Origin: Eutreptiella sp. 'Long Island Sound 2002'
Lineage: Eukaryota; Protista; Euglenida
Assembly (NCBI GenBank): GCA_964036045.1
Contig: OZ038379.1
Coordinates: forward strand, 14,260,001-14,324,000
DNA length: 64,000 nt
Reading direction: 5' to 3'
Shown here: positions 21,373-34,200 of the stretch, piece after piece
How the letters are laid out: every line of letters starts with the position of its first letter
Position numbering within the stretch: position 1 is the stretch's first letter
Position numbers and translations under genes: made by a program
Notes under the pieces: model-generated
The model's database searches: none
What the model saw: only the letters and a program-made list of their open reading frames with translations
What the model was told of the DNA's origin: nothing

Positions 21373-22495
21373 GTCCTGCCCCCCCCGTCTCTTGTACATC
21401 AGCGCCCTCCCCTGCCCAACGCACACAGCACAAGCAAGAGGAGGGCTGTACGTATACGTACATATCTGAGCAAGCGACACCGGCGTGGGACTTGGGTGTT
21501 GACAGCCCATTCTCCCCCGTCATTGCACGCAACAGAGTCGCCCCTCGTCTCGTGTCCAGGCACTGAGGCGTGATGAGTGAGGCCACATGCCCGAGCACGA
21601 GAAAGAGCCTCATGCCACTAGTTTCTGCAGGGGTTCGGGTGTCTGGATGTCTGATGAGGAAGGCCTGGTCTTTATCCGAAACTCGCGCTTGCTGTACATT
21701 CTGTATGCACGAATCTGTTCTTCTTGCACAAACAGCGAAGGGGTTGGCTGTGTGCCGAGTGTCTGTATTGGCTGGACCCCCTCCCCTTCCCCTTCCCCCG
21801 CGGGCAAAACGCCTGGAACTGGAGCGCGCCATTGACGTGCGGAGGGGTGGGGGGGGGGGGCGGCAAAAAAAGAAGGTTCGGAAAACGATTTTGTTGATAT
21901 TGTGACCAGCCACAATGCTGAGATATCACATGTAAAGCCTGTTGAGGAGCCCGTGCGTGCGTGTGTGTGTGTGTGTATGTGTGTGTTTCGCATTTTGAGC
22001 GTTGGGTGTTTGGGAGGTGCCCAAGGGACCGATGACACTCCGCACTATGGCATGTTATGACGATAATCCTGTTGAAAAAGGTCCACGTGGATGCGGGGGT
22101 TACCACCAAATCATGCACCCATGGAGGGTCCAGGATCCCCCCCCCCCCCCGCGCTTACCCACAGACCCACAGAGGGTCAGAATGAGCAGTGGCGAGAGGC
22201 CAATAGGCGCCGCCAAAGGCAAACAATCCAACACCGAGGCCGTGTGCCACCCACCCCCCCCCCCCCCCCCCCCGGTTACTGACCTACCCACTGATGGGCA
22301 ACACTTGGTGACCTGGACACAGTCTGGGGGGGGTGTCTGAATGTGCAGCCCGTACGGTGCTTGGCCCCTCATTGCACCCACCGCGTTTCACCCCCCGCGC
22401 ATGGGCGTTGATGATCTGTGCTCTCCCCGTGCCCTGCACGCATCCACACGCCTGACACCCACACCACACGCCTGACACCCCACCCCACACCACAG

Positions 22496-22653
22496 GTAAC
22501 AATGTGACGTACCACTTGGCCCAGAGCATGTCCCACGAGGGATTCGTAAATGTGCGGACCAACGGGATCCGCCTGCCAAATGAGTGCGGGGATGCCTCAT
22601 ATTCTGTGACCGCAAAGTTCTGTACCGCTATGGGCAGTGCCATCGTCTGCGAG
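22496..22653 (+). CDS. Exon 9: NNVTYHLAQSMSHEGFVNVRTNGIRLPNECG...GSAIVCE
   Basis: CACAG acceptor in phase 1; GAG|GTGTGT donor in phase 0. Confidence 0.8.
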
Positions 22654-22949
22654 GTGTGTTTTGTGCCGTTGTATACCACCCCGCCGTCAGTGGGACGAGC
22701 ATTCTAACCCCCCCCCCCCCAGTGTATATACATTCAGGTGTCATGCCAGCCCCCACCCCCCCGGCCGATGGTGAGGCGAGGCATGTTGCCCTCCTCTGTG
22801 TGGACCTGACACGGAGCAGTGCAGAGCAGAGCAGTGCAACAGTGTGGGCAGCCTGCTCAGCTACCCCTGACAACTAACCTCTCGCAGCTTTTTGAACCCT
22901 CCCCCTTCACCTCCAACCAAAGGGTGGGCAATCCTCAAAAGACGGGCAC

Positions 22950-23145
22950 GTATGTGCACCCGGAAGTACCAACTGGTTTACTCGTTCAGCCTTTATGGCT
23001 GCCCCCCCGCCCCCCCTTCTTCCATTGGGAGGAGCATTCTATTCTCAGTCCCCCCCCCCCTCCATTTTCACACTCCAGTTGCAATCTGATAGCTCTTGGT
23101 CGGTGGCTCTGTGAAACAAGTCTACCAAAGGTTCCACCTTCACCT
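22950..23145 (+). mobile_element. Short dispersed repeat starting GTAYGT(G/A)CACCYGGAAGT (copy 2 of 3)
   Basis: 5' block shared with 19857-19883 and 23737-23763; 3' block TTGCAATC...AAGTCTACCAAAGGTTCCACCT shared with 23906-23977. Confidence 0.65.
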
Positions 23146-23233
23146 TCGCCAGCTCACCTTCAGTAGGGTGTACCCCTCCCTTTTCGCACTCTTCTCCAAT
23201 TCACACATCAAATGTGCTGGTGAGCAGGGAAGT

Positions 23234-23391
23234 ATTAGAATGGCCGTACACCTTAGGAGGAAGGGGGCCCTCCAGACCGAAGTGACCATAGTGGGAAAAA
23301 ACGAAATTTACAACACGGAAAATCTTGTTGGGCCATTTTGGGTAGACAATTTTTTTGGTTCTAGACCTTCCCCCCCCCCCCCCCTTCTAAT
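23234..23391. mobile_element. MITE-like intronic repeat (ATTAGAA...TTCTAAT termini, poly-C near the end)
   Basis: 7-bp terminal inverted repeat and a C-run next to the right end. Confidence 0.4.
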
Positions 23392-23564
23392 TGTCTGACT
23401 AACTGTAGTCAGACATGATGTTCTGTTTTCTGTTTCAGACACCGTGTGTGTGTTGAGGTTTCGACAGGTTTGGCATAGAGAATAAAGATGCACTCATGCC
23501 TGACTGTGGAGGGCATTGCCTCTGGTTTGCATTGGTCTGTTTTTTTAATACTTCCCTCGTGGAG

Positions 23565-23736
23565 AGCACCCTCCAAATCTTCACGGCTGGGAATGACCGA
23601 AAGAAAGTGAAGGCCGCCAGCGTTGGCAATGGGCCAGGCCACGGGGTCAAAAGCAGCACCTGTGAGCAGAGGGACAACTGTCCCACACAACCGTCTCACT
23701 CTCATGTGGACAACTTCCTCCTGAAAACCCAGACCA
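23565..23736 (+). CDS. Candidate further exon STLQIFTAGNDRKK...LLKTQT
   Basis: Only open frame here, with about 70% GC3 by manual count; ends at a GTACGT donor, but the acceptor is an unusual GAG. Confidence 0.25.
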
Positions 23737-23977
23737 GTACGTGCACCTGGAAGTCCCAACTGGCACACACACCCAGCCTTTAGCCCCCCTCCCCCTAATG
23801 TACGAGGCTCTCCCTCTGAAAGTGTGTTTGCAGTGCGTTTGTCACACACCAATTCGCATGGTTTCCCCTTCCCACTCCTCGTTGAAGTTATGTGCCTTGG
23901 AGTGGTTGCAATCCAGCAGCTGTTGGTGGTTGGCGGTGTTACACAGGGTAAGTCTACCAAAGGTTCCACCTCCACCT
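23737..23977 (+). mobile_element. Short dispersed repeat (copy 3 of 3)
   Basis: Same 5' and 3' blocks as 22950-23145. Confidence 0.65.
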
Positions 23978-25239
23978 ACCGCTTAACGCACCTCAGCTCG
24001 GTTGCAACCCCAATGCGCCCCACCGCAACTGGGCCTTGATCAACACCTGCAGACACACAACGGGGGGGGGGGTATCAGACGCGGTGCGCGCGCGGTGCGG
24101 GTTCTGGGGTTGTTCCGTATCCGCAACCATCCACGGCCCAGGGAAAATGGTAACGCTTCAGAGGCCACCAGGTACCATCCAGAACTCCTCCCCTGGTACA
24201 CCGTTTCGTAGAGAAGTTGTTGGGGATTGATCGGCATGGATCGTGGATCGGAGGTCCAAACCCCGTAGTCCCTACATCCCGCTGGTGCTGTTTCAACCTC
24301 AAAAAGTTTGAATACCGACAACCTCAAGGCGCATTCATGCAGATGTTACACGGAGACACCAAAGCAACACGTTCGAAACATCATTCCGGACGCACTAATC
24401 CGCCAAAAATGACCCAACGCAAAGAGGTGGTGAGCTTTCAATCATCGCGGGGTGTGAGTGTGGCTTACAAGTTTGAAGAGACTCTTGGGAGGTGAATGCG
24501 TGGCGGAGACGCCAAAGAATCTCCTGCCCCACCACAAATCGGGTCAACCCCTCGCATTAACGTACGAAAACGGACAATCCGCATGCTCAGAGTGAGAATT
24601 TTGGTGGAAAAAACGCACCATGCGGGGACCTTGACCACCACCCAAGTGTTGCCTAGACTGGACACATGCTTTCGTGTGCACCATGCCTACTCTTCTTCTC
24701 ATAGCCCCCCAACCCGGATGGGACTCATTTATGGATGAATTTAAATGAATTGGCACCACACCATCGGCACCACACGTAGTACATGTTGTCTATTGGGAAA
24801 CAATAAATCTTTCTAGGCAAAGAATCCCAAATATCTTGCAAAGACGTTTCCCAAGCCGATCGTGGGTGAGCAAGTCCGACGTCGGTACGGCGTGATTTGC
24901 GGGTATTCTAATATGTTCCTCTGATAGCCAAAGGCATCAATCATCTAGAAATTGAAGTTCTTTCTAACTATCCACGTGACTATTCTCCATATCGCCGGGT
25001 GCTAGTCGGTCAGGCAAGTAGGAGCGCAAGAAAGCCACACAGTCTACGAAGCTCAAATTAGGCTTGAGAGAGTCAAGCAACCCAAATCAGGGCTTACTAG
25101 GTTGTCAAGTATGTGTGTGTGTGGGGGTCAATAGAGCCCCAAAAATCTGGAGGGCGGGGGTTGGGGGTTGGGAAAAGGGCTCATTTGACACACATCATTC
25201 TTGCATGGAGAAGAGGCACCACTATGTCTCTTGTCCATG

Positions 25240-28200
25240 TCTCCCGACACTAGGGAACCCCGAGAAGGTAGGGGTTATGTGGCCACTTTGATCTTTCCCC
25301 ATAATGGGGACCCCCAAGAAGGCAGGGGTGACATAGCCACTTTTGATTATGTGCCCTCTTCCAGGGACCCACAAGAACACGGATGAGCTAGCGATAACAG
25401 CCACTTGTGGGCCCCCAAGAAGGCAGGGGTGGTTGAGCCATGTCTGATTTTGTGCCCTCTTTTGGGGACCCCGAGAACGAAGGCGTTGCGTAGCAATTCC
25501 GCCCAATTGTGGGCCCCCGAGAAGGCAGGGGTGATGTAGCTAGTTCTGATTTCATGCTCTCTTTTGGGGACTCCCGAGAAAATAGGCGTTGTGTAGCAAT
25601 GCCGCCCACTTGTTGGCCCCCAAGAAGGCAGGGCTGCTATAGCCACTTCCGATTTTGTCTGCTTCTCTCGGGACTCCCGAGAACGAAGGGGTTACGTAGC
25701 AATTCTCCCCTATTCTGGCCCCCGAGAAGGCATGGATGATGTAGCCATTTCTGATTTTGTCCCTTCTTCTGGGAATCCCCGAGAATGCAAGGGTTACGTT
25801 GCAATTCCGCCTAATTTCGGAACCCCGAGAAGGCAAGGGTGATGCAGCCACTTGTCATTTTGTCCTCTTTGTTTGTGACCCCCGAGAACGCCGGGAATTA
25901 TGTAGCAATTCCGCCCTCTTGTGGCCCTTTGAGAAGGCATGGGTGATGTAGCCACTTCTGATTTTGTCCTCTTTTTTCGGGACCCCTGAGAACGCCACGG
26001 ATTATGTCGCAATTCTGCCCTCTTGTGGGCCAATGGGAAGGCATGGGTGATGTAGCCACTTCTGATTTTGTGCCCTCTTCTGGGGGGGCCTTAGAACACA
26101 GAGGTTAAACAATTCCACTCACTTGTGGGCCCCCGAGAAGGCACAGGTGATGTAACCAATTCTGATTTGTCCCTCTTTTTGGGGACCCTCGGACGGCAGA
26201 GGTGATTTGGCAATTTTGGTTGGTGCCCTTTTTCCAGATCATGAGTAGGTTTGGGCTTATGTAGGCACATCGATTGCTCCCAATTTTGGGGACCCGCGAA
26301 GGCAAGGGACATGTAGCCACATTGATTTTCACCACTTTGGGGTCTCCGCAAGGAAAGGCTTATGCGGGCACCTTGATTGCTCACCATTTTGGCCACCCCG
26401 AGAACACAGACATTATGTCGCAACATTGATTGCTCCCCATTTCAACGATCCCCGGAAGGCATAGGTGATGTGGCCACATTGCTCCGAGAGGGAAGGGGTT
26501 ATGTAGCCATATTGATTGCTCCCCTCTTTCGCAGCCCTGGGAATGGCAAGGTGACTTAACCACCATAATTGCTCGCAATTTGGAGGACCACAAGAGGGAA
26601 CGGACTACGTAGCCACACTGCTGGCCCCCTACTTTGGGATGCTTAGAAATCAACGGTTAGGTTGGCACATTGATTGTGTTTAACTTTGGGGACTCTGAAA
26701 AGGTTGGGGTTACATAGCTTCATTGATTGCTCCACTTTTTGGGGATACCGAGCAAGCAATCGTTACATAGCCACATTCGTGAGTTGACTTTGCCACATTG
26801 ATTGCTCCCCATTTTGGGGACCCCAAGAAGGAAGGAACTATGCAGCCATGATGCTTGCTCCCCACTTTGGGGATTCTCAGACGTCAACGGACAGGGAATC
26901 ACGTTGATTGTTTCGCATTTTTGTGACCGTGAGAACGTAGTGTTGATGCAGCCTCATTCACTGCTTCGCAGTTTAGGGATCCTCAAGAGGTATTTGTTAT
27001 GCAGGCACCTATATTTCTCCCCTCTTTGGGAATATCGCAAAGACAAAAATTATGTAGCCTCATTCATTATAGCACATTTTGTGGACTCCACCAAGGCACG
27101 GTTGTATAGGCCCTTCGTATCGTGCCCACATCGCCACAATAGGTGAAGGCAGTGGATTATGTGCCCATTATGGTTGTTCCCCGCTTTGGGGATTGTGAGA
27201 TGGCAAGGTTCTGTACCCACATGGATTGCTCACCACGTTGGGGAACTTGAGAAGGCACGCGTCATGTATCCACAATGATTGCTCACCAAATTGGGGACTG
27301 TGTGAAGGCACAAGTTCTTTACCCAAATTGGCTCCTCTCACATTGGTGCCCGCGACAAGGTAGTGGTTATGTAGCTGTATTGATTGCTCCCCGCTTTGGC
27401 GACCTCCAGGAGGTTATATAGGCACATTCATTGCTCCTTGCTGGGGCATCCATCGATGTAGCCACATTGATTGCTCACCACGTTGGAAACTCTCCCAAGC
27501 CAATGGTTATGTAGCCAAGTTGCATGGTCTCACATTGGCGCCTGTGAGAAGCCAATGGTTATGTAGCCATAATGATTTCCCCCCGCTTTGGGGACCTCGA
27601 GAAGGCAGCGGTTGTGTAGCAACATTGATTCCTCACCACGTTGAGGACCCCGCGAAGGAAGCAGTCGTGTGACCACATTTATTGCTCACCACGTTGGGAA
27701 CTCAAGGGTCGTGTGGCTAGAATGACTGCTCTCACACTAGGGCCCACCAGAAGGCAAAGGTTTTGTGACCGTATTGATTGCTCCCCGCTTCGGCGATCTT
27801 GAGAAGGCAGCAGTGATGCAGCTACATTGATTGCCTACCACGTTGGCGACCCCGACAAGGCAGCGGTTATGTAGCCACATTGATTGCCCAGGATGTTGGG
27901 GGAACCGGGAAGGAAAGGGTTATGTAGCCGGATTGATTCCTCTCAGATTGCGGCGTGCGAGAAGGCGGTTAATTTGTAGCAGTATCGATTGCTCCGCGCT
28001 TTGAGGATCTCGAGATGGCAGCGGTAAGGAAGACCCATAGATTGCTCTCCTCTTTGGGGAATCTGCAAAGGTAAGGTTTTGCAGCTGCATTGTTTGCTCA
28101 ACACTTTGGAGATGGCGAGCAGGGAGAGCTCATTTAGCTAGATTCATTACTCCTAGCTTTGGGGACCCTAAGATGGCAGCGATTATGTAGCCATATTGAT

Positions 28201-31200
28201 TGCTCACCATGTTGGGGACTCTCTCAAGGCGGTGGTTATGTAGCCATGATGATTGTTTCGCATGTTCTGGGCGTCGACAAGGCAGCGGTTATGTAGCCAC
28301 ATTGATTGCTCACCACGCCGGGAACCCGTTTAGGCAAGGGTTGTGTGGCCACAAACACTGCTCCCACATTGGGGCCCGCGAGAAGGCAGTTGTTTGAAAC
28401 CACCCTATTGATTGCTTTCCGCCTTGGGGACCCCGAGACGGCAGTGGTTATTAGCCACATTAATTGCGCATCCCCTTGAGGACTCTACAAAGAGGGGGTT
28501 TACGTAGGCCCATCGATTGCTCACCACGTTAGAGACACTAATAAGGCATGGGTAATGTAGCGACATTGATTGCTGACCATCTTGGGAACACGGAGAAGCC
28601 AAGGGTTATGTAGCCATAGTCATTGCTCTCACATTGGGGGCCGCGAGAAGGCAGCTTTCCTGTAGCTGCATTGATTGCTCCCTGCTTTGGGGACCTCGAC
28701 AAGGCAACGGTTAGGAATGCACATTGATAGCTCTCACTTCTAGGGAAGTTGCAAAGCTGTCATTTCGGAGCCGCATTGGTTGCTCAACACTTTGGTGACA
28801 CTCAGAAGGGACTAGATACATTGCTTTTAGCTTTGGTGACCCCGAGGAGGCATTGATGGTGTCGCCATGTTGATTGCTCCACTCTTTGCGGATAGCAAGA
28901 AGGCGGTCGTTACGTCATGACTTTGATTTGTCCACTCTTTGGGGATCTTGCAAAGACAGGAGTTATGTAGCCACATTTACTGCTCCCCCTTTTGGAGACC
29001 CCGAGAAGGGTGAGCTGCCTTAGGCACGTCCATTGGTCCCCACTATAGGGGGCCCACCAAGGAAAAGACTATCTAGCCACGTTGCTTACTCCCCACTTTG
29101 GGGATCGTGGGAAAGCAACCGCTAGGTAGGTGCATTCATTGTGTCCCATCGTGCGGACTCCAAGAAGGCGTTTGTTATCTAGCCAATTTAATTGCTACAC
29201 ATTTGCGGATCGCAAGAAGGTAGTCATGATGTTTCCACACCGATTGCCCTGCACTTTGGGGTTCCCGCTAGGCCAGGAGCTGTAGAGCCCCGCTTATTGC
29301 TCCCTACGTTGGGGCTTCTATAAGGTATGGGTTTTGTAGCCACATTGGTTGCCCACCATGTCGGGGACCCCGAAAAGGCAGGGGTTTTGTAGCCAAATTG
29401 ATTGCTCTCACATTGGGCCTTGTGAGAAGTCAGCGTTTATGTAGGTGTATTGATCGCTCGCTGCCATGGGGACATGGAGAATGCAGCAATTATATAGCCG
29501 CATTCATTGCTCACCACGATCAGGACCTGGAGAAGGCATGGGTAATTTGTCCACATTGATTGCCCACCACGTTGGGACCCCGAGAGGGTAGGGTTTACGT
29601 TAGCCACGTTGATTGCTCACCACGTTGCGAGACCTAAGAAGGCAGGGGCTAAGTGGCCATATTCATTGCTCTCACATGCAGGCCCGCGAGAAGGAAGTGG
29701 TATTGTAGCCGTATTGCTTGCTTCCCGCTTTGGGGACCCTCAATAAAAGCCTCGGTTATGTGGCCAATTGGATTGCTTCACTCTACGAAGGCGGGGGTTA
29801 TGCAGCCAAATTAATCACATTGGGATTTTGGACAATGCAGGGGATATGTGGCGGTATTGATTGCTTCTTGGGGACCCCAAGAAGGCATTGGTTATGTAGC
29901 CACCTTCAATCCGCACCACGTTGTGAACCACCAGAACGCAACTGTCATCTGGCCGTATTGATTGTTCACCACGTTGCGGCCCCGAGAAGGCAATCACCAT
30001 GGAGCCGAATGGATTGTTCGGGCCCACGAGAGGGCAGTGGTTTTTTAGATGTGTTCATTGCTTCCCGCTTTGGGGACCTAGTGATGGCTGCGGTGAGGAG
30101 ATATTAGTTAGAAAATCTTCCAAGTTACATTTTCGCAGCCACATTGACAGCTCAACGCTTTGGTGACACTGAGGAGGGAGAGCTCATTTATCTAGATTCG
30201 TTACCATGAGCTTTCGGGACTCTGAGAAGTAGTGGTTATGTTGCCATGTTGATTGATCCACTCTCTGGGGTTATCCAGAAGGAAATTTTTTATCCACCAA
30301 TTTAGGATCTGGCAAAGGAAAGAGTTATGTAGCCACATTTAGTGCTCTCCCCCTTGGAGACTCTCGGAGGGCAGGGTGGCCAATTCAATTGTTCCACATT
30401 TCCACACACATCGTCAGAAGGTCGTCTTAATGTTAGCACGTTGATTGCCCCGCATGTTGGGTTGCCCGCCATTGCAGTCAAGTTGGCTGCATACCCTCTA
30501 CCTTCGCAGAGTTACCTAACACAATGAGCAATCGATGTGGCTACATATCCCCCGCTTTCGTAGAGTCCCCATCGGGGAGCAACAAATATAGCTACATCAC
30601 CGTCACCTTCGTGAGGTGCCCGGTGGGGAGCAACCAATACGGCTACAAAATGATTGCCTTCTAGCGGACTGCAACGTGATAGCATTGAATCTCGCTATAC
30701 AACGAGGGCCCCAACATGGTGACGAATCAACGTGGATGCACGAACAATGCCTTCACGCAGGGCCGAATGTGACAGCAATCAATTTGACTACATAGCGCCA
30801 GCCATCTCGGGGTCCTCAACGTGCTAAGCATTCAATGTGGCTACATAGCTGCCGCCTTCGTAGAGTGCCCATGGTGGAGAGAAATCCTATTGGCTCAACC
30901 CCGTGAAAGTGCGGTGGTTTGTAGCGGCATTGATCGCTGCCACCTTCAGGGACCTCGAAAAGGCAGCGGCTATGTGGCACATGGAATGCGCACCAAGTTC
31001 GGGACCCGGAGAACAACGTTTATGGAGCCACAATGATTGCTCACCATGTTGGGGACCCCGCAAAGACATGGTTCATGTAGCCACATTGAGAGCTCACTCT
31101 GTTGGGGACATTGCCCACCATGTTCTAGACAGCAAGAAGGCAGGGGTGATATAGCTACATTGATTGCTCTCACATTTGGCCCCCCAATCAGGCCATGGTT

Positions 31201-34200
31201 TTGCAGCCGTCTTGATTCCTCCATCATTTGGGCCCTCGAGCAGGCAGCGTTTCTGTGGCCGCATTGATTGCTCACCCCTTTGGGTGCTCTACAAACACGG
31301 GTGTTATGTAGCCAAATTCATTGCTCACCACGTTGCAATGACTGAAATGAATGGGGACAGTGAGAAGGCAAGGATGATGTTGCCACATTGATTGCCGCAC
31401 ATCAGGGCCCGCGAGGAGGCCGTCGTTTTGTAGCCGTTTTGATTGCTCTTTTTTTGGAGACCTTGAGAAGGCGACGGTTGTGTAGCCACATCGAATGCTC
31501 CCCACTTATGGGACTACCCCGCAGTAGGCGTTATGTAGCCACTTTTATTGCTCCCCATTTTTCCGACTCCCCCGCAGCACGTGTCCAGCAGCCACTTAGA
31601 TTGCTCCCCGGTTTCTAAACCCTGACGCCATAGAGGTTATGTGGCCACATTAATTTCACCCCACTTCGACGATGCCAGCAAGGCCGAGGTGATGTAGCCA
31701 CGTTGATCGTCCCCACGTTGGTGACCTCGAGAACGTTGGAGTCAGGTAGCCACATTCATCCCCACGTTGAGCACCCGGGAAGTGTGAGTTGACTTTGCCA
31801 AATTGATGCCTCTCCAATTCGGGGACCCCAAGAAGAAAGGAACTATGCAGGCATGTTGCTTTCTCCCCTCTTTGGGGATCCTCACATCTCAACGGTTAGG
31901 GGGTCAGGTCGATTCATTCGCAGTGTTGTGATTGTGAGAATGCAGTGGTTATGCACCCTCATTCATTGCTCCACATTTTGGGGATCCTCAAAAGGTATTT
32001 GTTATGTAGGCACTTATATTTCTCCGCACTTTGGGGATCTTGCATAGGCCAAAATTGTGTAGCCTCATTCATTACTGCAGATTTTCTGGGCTCCGAGAAG
32101 GCAGGGTCATATAGGCCCTTCGTATCGTGCCCACACTGCCGCGATGGTGAACACAGTTGATTATGTGGCCATAATGGTTCTTCCCCGCTTTGGGGTTTCT
32201 GAGCTGGCAACGTCAGTTACCCACATTGATTGCTCACCACGTTAGGGAACGTGAGAAGGCAAGTGCCAGGCGCTCAGCACATTGGGGACTCTTTGGCGGC
32301 ACGGGTTATTTACCCAAATTGACTCCATTCACATTTGTTGCCGCGACAAGGCAATGGTTACGTAGGTGTATTGGTTGCCCCCCACTTTGGCGCCCTCCAG
32401 AAGACAGCGGTTATGTAGCCACATTGCTTGCTCACGACGTTGGAACCGCTGCGAAGGCAAAGGTTATGTAGCCGGATTGCATGCTCTCACATTGGCGCCC
32501 GCGAGAAGCCAATGGTTATGTAGCCAGATTGATTGCGCCTCGTTCTGGGGACCACCGCAAGGCAACGGTTATGTAGCAACATTGATTCCTCACCACCTTG
32601 GGGACCCTAGAAGGCGGCAGTCATGTGGCCACATTCATTGCGTACCTTGAGCATTGAAAAACAATGCCGTTTGTGACCCGTGTTCAAAAATTTTAACTTC
32701 TATTGCTGTTAGGCCTAGTTTTCATGAACACTTGTTGGGGGCATTTCGAGGGGGAGTTTATTTTTTGGGCGGGTGAGCAACTTGGGCCGTCCAAGTGGAA
32801 GGGCGAGCTAACTTCGGCAAATTCATTGCTCCCCCCGTTTGGGACCCCAACAACAAAGAGACTATGTGCCCGTATTCCTGGGGCCTACTTTCTCGATCCT
32901 TGGACATCACGTCTTTGGTGGCTTCATTGACTATGTCGCATTTTCGGGACTCCGAGATTGCAAGGCCACGTTTGTTGTTCCCCGCTTTGGAGATCATCAA
33001 GGCTATCCATCAAGGCATGGGTTATGTATCCACGTTTTTGACGCCAATTTCCTGCATCTTGCGCAAGCGGGGCTTATGTAGCCACATTGATTGCTCACTA
33101 CGTTGGGCACTCTATGAATTTAGGGGTTATGTAGCCACATTCATTGCTCTCACATTGGGGCCCACATGCATGAACTGGGCCTATAGCCACATTCATTACT
33201 CCCTGCTTTGGGGATGCCAAGAAAGTGGTTGGTATGTAGCCATGTTGATTGCTCTCAGCTTTGGGGATTTTGAGAAGGCAAGGTTAGATAGCCATCTTGG
33301 TTGATCAACATTTTCATGACCATAAGAAGGCAGAGTTGATTTGGCAATTTTGGTTGGTGCCCTTTTTCCAGATCATGAGTAGGTTTGGGCTTATGTAGGC
33401 ACATCAATTGCTCCCAATTTTGGGGACCCGCGAAGGCAAGGGATATGTAGCCACATTGATTTTCACCACTTTGGGGTCTCCGCAAGGAAAGGCTTATGCA
33501 GGCACCTTGATTGCTCACCACTTTGGCCATCCCGAGAACACAGACATTATGTCGCCACATTGATTGCTCCCCATTTCAACGATCCCCGGAAGGCATAGGT
33601 GATGTGGCCACATTGCTCCGAGAGGGAAGGGGTTATGTAGCCATGTTGATTGCTCCCCTCTTTCGCAGCCCCGGGAATGGCAAGGTGACTTGGCCACCAT
33701 GATTGCTCGCAACTTGGAGGACCCCAAGATGGACTGGACTACGTAGCCACACTGCTGGCCCCCGACTTTGGGATGCTTAGAAATCAGCGGTTAGGTAGCC
33801 ACGTTGATTGTGTTTTATTTTGCGTATTCTGAGAAGGCTGGGGTGAAATAGCCACGTCGATTGCTTCATTCTTTGGTGATACCGATCAAGCAGTCGTTAC
33901 ATTGCCACATTGATTGCCCACCATGTTCGGTACGCCGAGTAGGCAGGGGTGATGTAGCCACATTGATTGCCGTCACATTCGGGCCCACAATGAGGCCATG
34001 GTTTTGCAGCCGTCTTGATTCCTCCATCATTCGGGATCTCCACTAGGCAATCTTTCCGTCGCCACATTGATTGCCCACCCCTTTGGGCGCTCTGCGAAGG
34101 CGGGGGGTTGTGTAGCCAAATTCATTGCTCACCATGTTGGGCACAATGCGAAGGCAAGGTTGATTTGGCCACATTGATTGCTCTCAAACTGGGGCCCGCG

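Noticed and set aside
23079-23130. Apparent exon CNLIALGRWLCETSLPK with a good acceptor
   Set aside because: Lies inside a dispersed repeat whose diverged copy is at 23906-23977.
24217-25060. Protein-like frames with multiple stops between the gene and the satellite
   Set aside because: No recognisable RT, integrase or chromodomain motif; probably a TE relic but not assignable.
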